A stretch of DNA of 64,000 nucleotides, taken from NCBI GenBank assembly GCA_963829525.1, contig CAWHIJ010000003.1, positions 256,001-320,000 of the forward strand. Direction: 5' to 3'. The translations under genes and the position numbers were made by a program. Positions 40,507-50,778 of this stretch are shown one piece after another; positions within the stretch are counted from its first letter, which is position 1; each line of letters starts with the position of its first letter. This DNA comes from an uncultured Actinomycetota bacterium. GTDB lineage: Bacteria; Actinomycetota; Actinomycetes; JAHEKZ01. The notes under the pieces were generated by a model. The model was not told the origin of the DNA and searched no databases. It saw only the letters and a list, made by a program, of their open reading frames with translations.

Positions 40507-42405
40507 ATGGGCTTGAAGGGGCGTGCTGCGCGCAGCGAAACAGATCAGACGACGACAGGATCACCGCAAACCGCGGAGCCCGTTGGCCACGTATTCGTCG
40601 TGACGTATGGACGTTCGGGATCCACACTCCTCCAGGGCCTTCTCAACACGTTGCCAGGCACACTGGTCAGAGGTGAAAGCGACTTCTTCATCCACGGCCT
40701 CTACAAGGGGCACCTGGCCCTAGCCGAGACGCAGAAGCGCTGGTCACGAGCAGCCGAGATGAAGGGCCCTGCGTCCGCTTTCTACGGAGCGGATGTCATA
40801 GACCTCCCGTCCTTCGAGGAGGACCTTCGCCGGTCGGTGAATCGGCAACTCATCGGGCCGACGGACCCCCAAGATGTCCGCTGGCTCGGCTTCAAAGAGG
40901 TGTTGTGGCACCAGGTCACGTCAGAGCAGACCGCGACCTTTCTGGAGTTCATGGATGTCCTCTTCCCGAATGCCCGGTACATCCTTCACCGCCGTGACCA
41001 CGAAAAGGTGCTGGCATCGGGCTTTTGGAAGAAGTGGGACGAGGAGCAGGCTCGCGCGGCAGTGATTCGCGTTGAGGAGTTCCAGGATGCGCTTGCGCAA
41101 GGACGTGCTGATCGAGTCTGTTGGACTTCTTATGAAGAGCTGACGTCCGACGATGAAGAGGAGTCGCGGCTCGTGCTGCAGCGACTCACCCAGTGCCTGG
41201 GGTTCGAACTCACTCCCAAGTTGCTGGGACAGCTCAGAAAGACCCTCACGATCGGACACGGCCCCAACCCGTCGACTGGCATCAAGCCAGCAACGGCCCG
41301 GCCGGGAGGCAAGAAGCGTCAAGCGGGAGCCGGCGCAGTGCTCAAGATCGGGAAGTCCGAGCCGGCGGGGACGCCGCCAGCTACCACCCCGGAGGCCAAG
41401 CCCGCGCAGAAGATCGAACGCAAGTTGGCAGGAAACTGGACGAGGAACAAGCGTGCGCTGAACCTGCGGCAGCGCGCTGCCCAGCACATCCCGAATAGAG
41501 GAGTGATCCGCCGTCCACCTGCACACGACGGTCCACCGCGTGTCGCTGTGATGACGATGGTGCACGACGAGGAGCGCATGTTGCCTCGCTGGATCGAGTA
41601 CTACGGCAAGCAGGTGGGCGTTGACAACCTGCTTGTACTCGATGACAACAGCAGCGACAACTCGACCGAAGGCCTTCCGTGTTCGGTCATCAAACTGCCA
41701 GAACACCCGTGGAAGCAATCATGGGGCATCGCCCGGGTGGGCCTCGGCAATCGAATTGCCGAGGGGTTCTTGACGTTTTACGACGTCGTCATCTTTACCG
41801 ACGTCGACGAGTTTCTCGTGCCAGACCCCGAGAAGTACTCCGGCCTGGTGGACTATCTGGCGGCCAACCCCGACCCCGATGTCATCGCACCCCTTGGCAT
41901 CAACGTGCTGCACAACCCCGCTGTTGAGCCAGAGCTCAACGATAACGAACCGACCCTGCGGCAGCGTACATTCGTCAAGTTCGCGCCGGGGATGTGCAAG
42001 CCGCTGATCAAGCGCGCCAGTGTGAACTGGTCGACAGCGTTCCACGGAGTCACCGTTCCGTTCACCATCGATCCCGACCTGCTGCTGATCCACCTGAAGT
42101 ACTACGACCTGCCGAGCCTGGCTGAGGTTGCGACTCATCGCCACCAGGTGCACCTCGCAGAGGAGCGCGGTAACAAGTTGAGTGCTTGGGCTTTAGATGC
42201 CGACGAGCTGAGCAACCGAATGCTGCGGTGGGTGTCCGTCCCGGAAGGTCAGCAGGTCGCCGACCTTGATCCGGCGACTGTCGATTTCAGTGAGGTCGTT
42301 CGGTTGAGCAAGAAGGGCATTTACCGAGCCTTCGGACCACATCTGGAGGAGATGGACAAGAATCCCCTCCTGCGGCTACCGGATCGTTACCGCTCCGCGT
42401 TCTAG
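40507..42405 (+). CDS. Sulfotransferase domain fused to a GT2-like (Glyco_tranf_2_4-type) glycosyltransferase
   Basis: N-terminal VVTYGRSGSTLL...GFKEV. Then a Lys/Pro-rich linker, followed by TMVHDE..MLPRWI.YY, LDDNSSD and FTDVDEFL (DxD). Confidence 0.78.
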   Translation: MGLKGRAARSETDQTTTGSPQTAEPVGHVFVVTYGRSGSTLLQGLLNTLPGTLVRGESDFFIHGLYKGHLALAETQKRWSRAAEMKGPASAFYGADVIDLPSFEEDLRRSVNRQLIGPTDPQDVRWLGFKEVLWHQVTSEQTATFLEFMDVLFPNARYILHRRDHEKVLASGFWKKWDEEQARAAVIRVEEFQDALAQGRADRVCWTSYEELTSDDEEESRLVLQRLTQCLGFELTPKLLGQLRKTLTIGHGPNPSTGIKPATARPGGKKRQAGAGAVLKIGKSEPAGTPPATTPEAKPAQKIERKLAGNWTRNKRALNLRQRAAQHIPNRGVIRRPPAHDGPPRVAVMTMVHDEERMLPRWIEYYGKQVGVDNLLVLDDNSSDNSTEGLPCSVIKLPEHPWKQSWGIARVGLGNRIAEGFLTFYDVVIFTDVDEFLVPDPEKYSGLVDYLAANPDPDVIAPLGINVLHNPAVEPELNDNEPTLRQRTFVKFAPGMCKPLIKRASVNWSTAFHGVTVPFTIDPDLLLIHLKYYDLPSLAEVATHRHQVHLAEERGNKLSAWALDADELSNRMLRWVSVPEGQQVADLDPATVDFSEVVRLSKKGIYRAFGPHLEEMDKNPLLRLPDRYRSAF

Positions 42406-42430
42406 CCCAGGAAGCCCAGGAAGCCCAGGA
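42404..42430. repeat. Tandem repeat (AGCCCAGGA)x3
   Basis: Three exact 9-bp units immediately after the stop codon of the fusion gene. Confidence 0.85.
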
Positions 42431-42500
42431 CGAGGGACCTTTGCCGCTGTTGCTGGGTCCCGGCCTGGCGTTGCATGGAGGCGACAGGAGGTTGGTCGCC

Positions 42501-43535
42501 ATGACGGCACATGCCACTCACTACCTCGATACCCAGGACCTCGGCCCGGAGGTCCTGCGCCGCCAGATGCACTTGGTACAGCTGCTGAAAGACGCTGACC
42601 GACGCCGGGCTTGTCCAGAACTGCTGCGGGACGCGAGTCTGGGGATGATCTTTGAGGAGGCGTCCACCCGCACCCGGGTGTCTTTCGAGGTCGCGATGAC
42701 CAAGCTTGGGGGGCATGCGCTGTACCTCAAGCCCGGGGAGATTCACCTGGGCCAAAAGGAGAACATCGCCGACACCGCTCGGGTGCTCTCGCGCATGGTG
42801 GACGTCATCGAGATCCGTGCCTTCCACCACGAGACCGTGACGTCGTTCGCCAAGAATGCGAGCGTGCCGGTCATTAATGGGCTCACCGACTACAACCACC
42901 CCACGCAGGCGCTTTGCGACGCCTTCACCATGAGCGAGCACAAGCTGCCGGACAAGACGTTCAGCGACCTGACCGTCGTCTTCATCGGGGACGCGACCAA
43001 CGTCTGTACGTCAACGGCCATGATCGTCACCATGCTCGGTGGCACGTTCATCCATGCTCGCCCTGAGGCATACAGCATCGAACGACAGTGGCCTCAGGTA
43101 GTCGATGAGGTCAAACAGAACGAGTCGCACTACGGAGGGAAATACTTCGCGACAACCGACGTCGAGGACGCCGTGCGCGACGCAGACTTTGTCTACACCG
43201 ACCTTTGGTGGTGGTTTGGTCAGGAGGCAGAGATCCCCGACCGGACAGCCGCCTTCATGCCGCGTTACCAAGTGACATCTGCGCTGTTGGACCGGGCGCC
43301 GGAACATGTGAGGTTCATGCACTGCCTCCCGGCCTCTCGCGGCGTCGAGGTCACCGATGAGGTCATGGACGGGCCGCGCTCGATCATCTACGACCAGTCG
43401 GAGAACCGACTTCACACCGAAAAGGGCCTGTTGGCCTGGTACGTGTACCCGCGACTAGAGCGGGCGACTCCAGCGGTCAGGGCTCACCACGAAGCCAAGG
43501 TGCAGGACTACCTCGCCGAACTGTCGACGGTGTAG
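42501..43535 (+). CDS. ptcA: Putrescine carbamoyltransferase
   Basis: STRTRVSF, DYNHPTQ, GDATNV and HCLPA motifs. YTDLWWW replaces the OTC SMG loop. AGGAGG RBS; first gene of the agmatine operon. Confidence 0.85.
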   Translation: MTAHATHYLDTQDLGPEVLRRQMHLVQLLKDADRRRACPELLRDASLGMIFEEASTRTRVSFEVAMTKLGGHALYLKPGEIHLGQKENIADTARVLSRMVDVIEIRAFHHETVTSFAKNASVPVINGLTDYNHPTQALCDAFTMSEHKLPDKTFSDLTVVFIGDATNVCTSTAMIVTMLGGTFIHARPEAYSIERQWPQVVDEVKQNESHYGGKYFATTDVEDAVRDADFVYTDLWWWFGQEAEIPDRTAAFMPRYQVTSALLDRAPEHVRFMHCLPASRGVEVTDEVMDGPRSIIYDQSENRLHTEKGLLAWYVYPRLERATPAVRAHHEAKVQDYLAELSTV

Positions 43536-43567
43536 CGCGCCACGAGAAGACCTCGAAGGAGGTCACG

Positions 43568-45124
43568 ATGACAACCACAACCACCGACGTCGGGCGGCCG
43601 AGGGCCAAGTCGCTCGGTGCCCTTCGTCGTTTCGACATGATCCTGTTCAGCGTTGCAGCAATCATGCTGCTCACGCAGGTTCCGATCACCGCCAAGGAGG
43701 GCCCGGCCGTCCTGTTCTGGACTGTGATTCTCCTGGTCTTCTTCTTCATCCCCTATGGCCTGATGACAGCCGAGCTCGGCTCAACCTACGCCGATACTGG
43801 CGGCATCTACTCGTGGGTCCAACGGGCCTTCGGTGGCTTCTGGGGTACCCAGGTGTCCTGGTGGTACTGGATCAACGTGGGGATCTGGCTCCCCTCGGTC
43901 TACCTGATGTTCGCCACCCTGCTCGGGCAGACGTTCGACTTCACGGTCGGCTTCTGGTGGACCGTCGCGATGGCAGTTGCCCTGATCTGGATCAACTTCG
44001 CGATCAACGTGATCACGCTGGACACCAGCAAGTGGGTCACCAACATCGCCGCCATCGTCACCGTAGCGATCATGCTGGTCATCGGTGTCGCGGGTCTGGT
44101 GCACTTGATGACCGATGGTTCAGCCACACAGTGGACCTCCACCGACATGCTGCCTGGCTGGGGAAGCATGGTGCTGTTGGGCGTCGTGGTCTACAACTTC
44201 CTGGGGTTCGAGCTCATGAGCTCGGCAAGTGAGGAGATGCAAGATCCCAAAAAGGACGTGCCGCGCTCGATCTTCACCGCGGGCATTCTGATTGCGGTCT
44301 TCTACCTCGTTGCCATTGTCGGCATGCTCTTCCTGCTTCCAACCGACGGTTTCAACCGGACGAACGGTCTCTTCCGTGTTCTGGAGACGGGTATCGGGTC
44401 CTCCGGCATCGCCGGCGTCGTGGTGACAGTTCTCAGCGTTGGCGCGCTGTACTGCTTCTTCGCGGCTCTAGTCCCGTGGACGATTGGTGCGAACCGCGCC
44501 GCTGCAGAGGCTGCTCGTCGCGGCGACTTGCCACCAGTACTGGGCCGTACCAGCAAGCGATTCCGCACCCCTGTGGCCGCTGCCACGGCCACCGCGCTCG
44601 TAGGCACGTTCTTCACCCTGGGTTACGGACTGGTGATGGAGCTCAGTGCGAGCCCGAAGGTGGAGACGCTCTTCTGGAACCTGTTCGCCTTCAGCACCCT
44701 GGTCTTCCTGCTGTCGTACCTGGTAATGGCGGCTGCCTTCCTCAGGCTCCGCTACATCGACCCGGACGCACCGCGTCCGTATCGGATACCAGGCGGCATG
44801 GTGGGTGCCTGGATCACCTCGACTCTCGTGTTTGGGTTCATCGTCGCCGCCATGGTGTTCTTCATGTGGTGGCCCGGTGCATCCCTGGCACGCGAGGGCT
44901 ACCAGAACTACGTGCTGCAGGTGGGTATCGGTATGGCAATCGTGCTGGTGCTCGGCGTCATCCTCGCGCTGATCGCACCGCGTTGGCGTCGTAGCGTTTC
45001 TACGGCTGGCGAGTTCGAGCACCCTGAAGCGACCGCTGACGTGGCACTGGAGGGAATCGCCCCAGATGATGCAGCGTCACTGCATGACGTACACCTCGAC
45101 CAACCAGCTGACGCGAGTCGGTAG
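43568..45124 (+). CDS. aguD: APC-family transporter, probable agmatine/putrescine antiporter
   Basis: About 12 TM helices, AELGS...GGIYSWV.RAFG, GFEL and RPYRIPG motifs; located between ptcA and aguA. Confidence 0.8.
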   Translation: MTTTTTDVGRPRAKSLGALRRFDMILFSVAAIMLLTQVPITAKEGPAVLFWTVILLVFFFIPYGLMTAELGSTYADTGGIYSWVQRAFGGFWGTQVSWWYWINVGIWLPSVYLMFATLLGQTFDFTVGFWWTVAMAVALIWINFAINVITLDTSKWVTNIAAIVTVAIMLVIGVAGLVHLMTDGSATQWTSTDMLPGWGSMVLLGVVVYNFLGFELMSSASEEMQDPKKDVPRSIFTAGILIAVFYLVAIVGMLFLLPTDGFNRTNGLFRVLETGIGSSGIAGVVVTVLSVGALYCFFAALVPWTIGANRAAAEAARRGDLPPVLGRTSKRFRTPVAAATATALVGTFFTLGYGLVMELSASPKVETLFWNLFAFSTLVFLLSYLVMAAAFLRLRYIDPDAPRPYRIPGGMVGAWITSTLVFGFIVAAMVFFMWWPGASLAREGYQNYVLQVGIGMAIVLVLGVILALIAPRWRRSVSTAGEFEHPEATADVALEGIAPDDAASLHDVHLDQPADASR

Positions 45125-45132
45125 GAGGAACG

Positions 45133-46239
45133 ATGTCTGCCCCGCTGACCAGTACGCCACGCTCCGATGGTTACCGGATGCCCGCAGAGTGGGAGCCGCA
45201 CCGCGGAACGTGGCTGATCTGGCCCGAACGTAGTGACAATTGGCGCAATGGTGCCAAGCCCGCGCAGGCGGCCTTTGCCCGAGTCGCCGAGACCATCGCT
45301 GCCGCTGAGCCGGTATCGGTGTGCGTGTCCGCGGGGCAGTACGTCAATGCTCGTCAGCAGCTGTCGGACGCAGTGAGACTAGTGGAGATGTCGTCCAACG
45401 ACTCATGGATCCGCGACTGCGGCCCGACCTTCCTCATCAACGACGCTGGCCGAGTGCGTGGTGTCGATTGGACGTTCAATGCTTGGGGTGGCCTCGAGAT
45501 GGGGCTCTACTTCCCATGGGATGCAGATGACCTGGTGGGCGAGAAGGTGCTTGATCTCGAACGGGACCAGCGCTACGCACCCGAGTTCGTCTTTGAGGGC
45601 GGTTCGATTGACGTTGACGGTCAGGGCACCGTTCTGACAACGGAGGAGTGTCTGCTCCATGGCAACCGCAACCCGCAGATGAGCCGCGAGCAGATCGAGT
45701 GGCATCTGCGGGAGTACCTCAACGTCGAGACAGTCATCTGGCTGCCCCGTGGCGTCCACCTTGATGAGACGAATGGGCACGTGGACAACTTCGCTCGATT
45801 CGTCCACCCCGGACAGGTCATCCTGACCTGGACCGATGACGAGTCCGATCCGCAGTTCGAGATCAGCAACGAGGCGCTGGAGATCCTCCGACGAAGCAAG
45901 GACGCCAGGGGTCGTGAGCTCGAGATCACACTCCTGCATCAGCCTGGTCCGATCTTCATCACCGAAGCGGAAGCTCGGGGTGTCGACCAGGTGCCGGGTG
46001 TTCAGCCAAGGGTCGTGGGCGAACGATTGGCCGGCTCCTATGTGAACTCCTACTACGCCAACGGCCTCGTCGTGCTGCCGGTCTTCGACGACCCGCATGA
46101 CGAGGCTGCCATCAAGACGTACGAACAGCTCTTCCCAGACCGCCGGATCGCGACGGTCCCGGGTCGAGAGATCCTACTCGGCGGCGGGAACGTCCACTGC
46201 ATCACTCAGCAGGAGCCGTTCGGCGAGCACACGCTGTAG
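45133..46239 (+). CDS. aguA: Agmatine deiminase
   Basis: [48 protein letters not shown]-like GSYVN and [11 protein letters not shown] motifs. Confidence 0.95.
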   Translation: MSAPLTSTPRSDGYRMPAEWEPHRGTWLIWPERSDNWRNGAKPAQAAFARVAETIAAAEPVSVCVSAGQYVNARQQLSDAVRLVEMSSNDSWIRDCGPTFLINDAGRVRGVDWTFNAWGGLEMGLYFPWDADDLVGEKVLDLERDQRYAPEFVFEGGSIDVDGQGTVLTTEECLLHGNRNPQMSREQIEWHLREYLNVETVIWLPRGVHLDETNGHVDNFARFVHPGQVILTWTDDESDPQFEISNEALEILRRSKDARGRELEITLLHQPGPIFITEAEARGVDQVPGVQPRVVGERLAGSYVNSYYANGLVVLPVFDDPHDEAAIKTYEQLFPDRRIATVPGREILLGGGNVHCITQQEPFGEHTL

Positions 46240-46372
46240 CTGCCGTGCCGAAGTGCCGGTGCGCCGCTTCGGCTGGCGGCTCCCATACGCGAGGTCGGCA
46301 AGTTCTGACGTACATCATGACTAGGGACCTTCGCCCTTAGGCCCGGAGTCGGGTCGCGCCGATCATCGGAGC

Positions 46373-47017
46373 ATGACTGAAGTGACTGCGCCACCACCGA
46401 GCCCTGAGTTCCCTGGACCCGATCTGGACGACGGATCCTTTCCATCGCCTGCTCGCACCTGGTTCGGCGTGGTTTCCGTTGCGGCGATGGTCGGCATGGC
46501 AGCGACCATCATTCAGATTGTTGAGCGGGTCGCTTTGGCCCAGAACGCCGACGCGAATCTGTTGTGCGACATCAACGGCACCTTCTCATGCGGCAACGTC
46601 CTCACCTCGTGGCAGTCCAGTGTCTTCGGCCCAATCCCGAACTCAGCCATCGGACTCAGCGTCTTTGCTCTGACCCTCGGTGTTGCCGGAGCCGGGGTGC
46701 TCGGATCGACACTCTCCAAGGCCGCTTGGGGCGTCGCAACTTTCTTTGCCGGCTTCATGGCCGCCTTCACGGTCTGGTTCCTGGCGCAGACCGCCTTCGT
46801 CATCGGATCGGTCTGCTTGTACTGCCTGGTGATCGGAACGATGGTGCTGCTGGTCAACCTGTCTTGGTGGCGGATCGGCTACCAGCTCGAATATCTCTCC
46901 GGTAACCGGTTGCTCGATGGCGCCGCATGGTTGGTGCGCGGTGGAACCGACGTCATCGTCTGGGTGGGCCTTGGAGTGGTGGTTGCAGCGATGATGGTCG
47001 GTGGGCTCGCCCTCTAG
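46373..47017 (+). CDS. Vitamin K epoxide reductase (VKOR) family protein
   Basis: CDINGTFSC loop cysteines, S.VFG.IPN and CLYC active site; multiple TMs. Confidence 0.88.
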   Translation: MTEVTAPPPSPEFPGPDLDDGSFPSPARTWFGVVSVAAMVGMAATIIQIVERVALAQNADANLLCDINGTFSCGNVLTSWQSSVFGPIPNSAIGLSVFALTLGVAGAGVLGSTLSKAAWGVATFFAGFMAAFTVWFLAQTAFVIGSVCLYCLVIGTMVLLVNLSWWRIGYQLEYLSGNRLLDGAAWLVRGGTDVIVWVGLGVVVAAMMVGGLAL

Positions 47018-47055
47018 GCAGCTCCGAGCGTTCCCCTTGGGACTGGAGTTTGATC

Positions 47056-47880
47056 GTGGAGATCCGCGTGGCGACCATCCTTGACGTGCCGGGGATCGCC
47101 GATATCGCTGCGATCATCGACCCACTTCCAGACGATGACGATGTAGACCGCGGCTACTACACCTACCTCGCGGAGCACGGTCGGTTGCTGGTGGCCGAGA
47201 CGTCAGACGTAGTGATTGGATACGCCGGAACTGTCACAGTCGCCGGGACCTGTCATCTGTCCGACCTCTTCGTCCACCCTGATGCGCACGGCAAAGGCAT
47301 CGGATCCGCTCTGCTGGATGCAGTCTGGGACGCTGACGCCACAACGATTCCGCGCCAGACCTTCTCATCGCTGCATCCTTCGGCGCTGCCGCTCTACCTG
47401 CGAAGTGGCATGACTCCGCGGTGGCCGCTGCTCTATCTGCGCGGTCGACCGGACGCTTTGCCGCCAACGCATCTGAAGGTGCTGCAAATCGACCCCAGTC
47501 GGGCCGTGGCGCACGAGCTGTCCTGGTTGGGCTGGGCGCGACCAGAGCAATACACCTACTTGTCCTCAATTCGCGGCGCGCGAGTGATGGCAGTTCTAGA
47601 CGGGGAAACGCCCGTCGGCGTCGGGGTCGTCACGCGAAGGCGCATGACTCACACGCTGCAACGACTGGTCAGCTGCGACCGCTCGGTGATGCCTGATGCG
47701 CTGATCGCCGTCGCCCGGTGGGTTCGCGAAGAGATGCAAGTGGCCGTTCCGGGGGACCATAGAACTGTTCCGCTGCTGGTGGAGGCGGGCTGGCAGGTCA
47801 TGGGCCATGATCTCTACTGTGCCAGCGCGCCGAATCTGCTGGACGCCGATCGTCTGTTGCCACATCCGGGGCTGTTGTGA
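47056..47880 (+). CDS. GNAT-family N-acetyltransferase
   Basis: LSDLFVHPDAHGKGIGSALL acetyl-CoA motif and ALPLYLRSGM. Confidence 0.82.
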   Translation: MEIRVATILDVPGIADIAAIIDPLPDDDDVDRGYYTYLAEHGRLLVAETSDVVIGYAGTVTVAGTCHLSDLFVHPDAHGKGIGSALLDAVWDADATTIPRQTFSSLHPSALPLYLRSGMTPRWPLLYLRGRPDALPPTHLKVLQIDPSRAVAHELSWLGWARPEQYTYLSSIRGARVMAVLDGETPVGVGVVTRRRMTHTLQRLVSCDRSVMPDALIAVARWVREEMQVAVPGDHRTVPLLVEAGWQVMGHDLYCASAPNLLDADRLLPHPGLL

Positions 47881-47895
47881 ACTTCGGTACAACGA

Positions 47896-47947
47896 GGAAC
47901 GGCGCGGTCGATGCCACCCCCTCGTGTGGCACCGGCCTCGCCGTTCC
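47896..47947. terminator. Long GC-rich hairpin downstream of the GNAT gene
   Basis: GGAACGGCG..GGTCGATGCCAC pairs imperfectly with GTGGCACCGGCC.CGCCGTTCC. Confidence 0.5.
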
Positions 47948-48024
47948 ATGAGTTCATCGGTTCTCCGTCCCCGGATGTGTTCGGCCATGTGGGTGAACTC
48001 TGCGATGAGTCCTAGGGTGAGTCC

Positions 48025-49266
48025 GTGACCTGGGTGAGCGAGACCGTTGCCGCAGAAGCCGTTGCCGCGCTCGGTGGGCGTCCACGCCTCGTCGTCAGCG
48101 GGAACCACGCCACACCCCAAACACTCGTTCACGCGATCGACTCGGTGGTGCCGGAGTACCGGCTCTGGGCACTCAACGCGCAGTTGCAGGTGCCAGACCG
48201 CGATGGCGTGACCCTCGAGACGTCTTTCGTCGGACCCGGGATGCGTAAGAGCCAACGCCTGCGGTACCTCCCTTCGCGACTCTCGCTCGTTCCGGTGCTG
48301 TTCCGGAAGCGGGCAAGGCCCGAGGTGGTGGTGGTGCACACCTCGCGTGTCGTAGACGGCATGGTCTCCCTGGGAGCTGAGGTCAATGTCCTCCCCGCCG
48401 CGATCGAGGAGTGTCGTGCCGCGGGTGGCTTGGTGATCGCCCAGGTGAACCGCCACATGCCCTACACCTTTGGCGACGGGGAGTTCTCCGTCGATGCCTT
48501 CGACTACCTGGTGGAAGCAGACGAACCTCTGGTCGATCTCCCGACCCTGGCTATCGATGACCTCTCGCATTCGATCGGGTCGCGGGTAGCTGACCGAGTA
48601 CCTGACGGTGCCACCCTCCAGCTGGGCATCGGGGCTGTCCCGGATGCTTCGGTCCGGGGAGTCACTGAGCGTCGTGGACTCAAGATCTGGTCGGAGATGG
48701 TCAGTGACGGGGTCTTGACCCTGCACGAGCAAGGCGCGCTCGACTCCGACGAGCCGGTTGTTGCGTCCTTCGTCTTCGGTTCCCAACGGCTCTACGAGTG
48801 GGTCGACCGCAACCCGAACGTGCGGTTGTTGCGCACTGAGACGACCAACGACCCCGCGCTCATTTCCCAGCGACCGATGATGGTGTCGGTGAATGCCGCG
48901 CTGCAGGTGGATCTGTTCGGACAGGCAAACGCGTCGCGCATCAACAACCGCATCTACTCGGGCTTTGGTGGGCAGACCGACTTCATCGTCGGGGCGTTGC
49001 ACTCCAAAGGCGGCCAGGCGCTGATTGCGCTGCGGTCGTGGCATCCGCGGGCGGACGTTTCGACGATCGTTCCCCTCATTGACGAGCCGGTGACGTCGTT
49101 CCAGCACAGCGCAGTCATCACCGAGAACGGCGTCGCGTCCATCTGGGGGTACTCGCAGGAGGAGCAGGCACTCCATCTCATCGACCACGCTGCTCACCCG
49201 GACGTTCGTGATGAGCTCTATGAAGAAGCGGTGGCGCTGTCGCTGGTGACGCCAGGCTCAGGCTAG
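48025..49266 (+). CDS. Acetyl-CoA hydrolase/4-hydroxybutyrate CoA-transferase family protein
   Basis: IAQVN..MP.TFGD, DGATLQLGIGAVPD, SEMVSDG, NAALQVDL.GQANA and YSGFGGQTDF motifs. Confidence 0.9.
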   Translation: MTWVSETVAAEAVAALGGRPRLVVSGNHATPQTLVHAIDSVVPEYRLWALNAQLQVPDRDGVTLETSFVGPGMRKSQRLRYLPSRLSLVPVLFRKRARPEVVVVHTSRVVDGMVSLGAEVNVLPAAIEECRAAGGLVIAQVNRHMPYTFGDGEFSVDAFDYLVEADEPLVDLPTLAIDDLSHSIGSRVADRVPDGATLQLGIGAVPDASVRGVTERRGLKIWSEMVSDGVLTLHEQGALDSDEPVVASFVFGSQRLYEWVDRNPNVRLLRTETTNDPALISQRPMMVSVNAALQVDLFGQANASRINNRIYSGFGGQTDFIVGALHSKGGQALIALRSWHPRADVSTIVPLIDEPVTSFQHSAVITENGVASIWGYSQEEQALHLIDHAAHPDVRDELYEEAVALSLVTPGSG

Positions 49267-50745
49267 GACGCTGTCGGGGACGGGATGCTGATCTCGGAGA
49301 GCAGCCACTGCATGACATCGGCGGCCGACCAGCCGTCCGGGAACATCTCGAGCAGCGCGTGCACGGCCTCGAGGTCTTGGCCGAGGGTCAGCAGGGGAGG
49401 CTCGATAGACCCGTCGTGCCGGATCTGCGGCACTCCGGCTGATGCCATGAGGCCGTTGCAGAGGCACTTGCGACCCTCGGTGTCGGCGATTTCCCCGCCC
49501 TTGCGCACGTAGGCGTCGACAGGTTCGGAGGGGCAGCGCTGCCCGATCGTCCCGTCGTCGCGGCGGTAGGGAGTGCGCAGGTACCCGAGGTCGCAGATGC
49601 GGTCACGCGCGGCGGACACCTCTGGATCGGCAACCGTGCCAGCCATCTGAACGACTTTGAACGGGAACCCCGTTGGGCTGGCCAGCGGGTCGGTGCGGAC
49701 CTCTGCGGTGCCGGCATCGAGCGACATCCGGAGTGCAGTACGAAGCGACTCGGTGAGGCCAGACTCGTGACACAGGGCGAAGACGGTGCCGATCTGGACG
49801 CCCTGCGCACCTCCGGCGCGAGCAGCGACCACATGCTTGGGAGAGGCTTGGCCGCCGGCGAGCCAGTAGGGCAGGCCAACCTTCATGAGCTTGTCCAGAT
49901 CGACGACGTCGCGAGGGCCGTAGATCGGCTCGCCACCCTCGTCGAGCTCGTTACGCCGAGGTGGGGCGTTGTGCCCGCCAGCGGTCGGTCCCTCGACGAC
50001 GAAACCATCGGGGCGCGTGCTGTCGTCGCGAGCGAGGTAGGCGCCGAGGATGTGCGAGGAGATGATCGCGAGGAACACCGGACGAGGCAGCGTCGGCGGT
50101 GCCGGGGGGACGACCGGCTTGCGGATCGAGCGAGATGACGAGCTCGTCCGATGACTCAGAACCGGCAACGTCGATCGGCAGCGTGACCGGTCGGCCGTTG
50201 GCAAAGCCGTCGAGCAGCCGTGGGAGGTGTGTGGGGAGTCCGGCACCGACCAGGACGACGTCGACGTTCGCGAGCATCGCGCCGTAGAGGGTGGCCGGCG
50301 TCCAGAGCTGGATCTTCTCGAGCAAGTTGATGCCCACGGGGCCGTCGTGGCCCTGCTTGGCCATCGTGACCTGGACGAAGGCTCCGAGCACGGCCATGCG
50401 TACGGCGTCGAGCCGCTGGTGGTGGTCCAGGCGTGGGATTGGGCGGAACGGCGTCCCTGGCTCGCGTCCTTCGGGTCGGTAGTAGCGCCGCAGGGTTGCG
50501 GCGACGAAGTCCTGGTCGGGGTAGTCGGCCATGGCGGCCTGCACGTGGCCCCCTTGGTCACCGTCCTGCAACCAGCGGGCGACCAGCAGGTCGGAGGCGA
50601 CGCCGCTGATCACGCCGAGCCCGCCGTTCTGCGCCACCTGGCGGGCAAGTCGCCAACTGGAGACACCAACACCCATGCCGCCTTGGATCACCGCAGGGAG
50701 CTGGCGTGCGCGGCTGGCCGGCTCGTGGTCGTCGACGTTCATCAT
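49263..50745 (-). pseudogene. Nitronate monooxygenase/FabK/FabX-family FMN enzyme split by a +1 frameshift (possible sequencing error or programmed slippage)
   Basis: The N-terminal half (IQGGMGVGVS, GINLLEK, VGAGLP) is in one frame and the C-terminal half (VVEGPTAGGHNAP, LAGG, QIGT.F, SPTGFPFK, CDLGYLR, RCP.EP, CLCN) in another. Removing one G of the G6 run at 50104-50109 fuses them. Confidence 0.8.
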
Positions 50746-50749
50746 CTGC

Positions 50750-50769
50750 AAGTTACGGTACCGTAGGTT
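50750..50769. promoter_or_regulatory. Palindromic operator overlapping the -10 of the NMO-family gene
   Basis: AAGTTACGGTACCGTAGGTT with perfect core TACGGTACCGTA (50754-50765); minus-strand TAACTT at 50750-50755. Confidence 0.6.
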
Positions 50770-50778
50770 GCCCCCTCA

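Noticed and set aside
47596-49197. 533-aa minus-strand ORF, and similar long antisense ORFs (8144-9064, 21733-22626, 53775-54848, 62528-63925)
   Set aside because: These are antisense shadows of well-supported genes in high-GC DNA, with no recognisable motifs.
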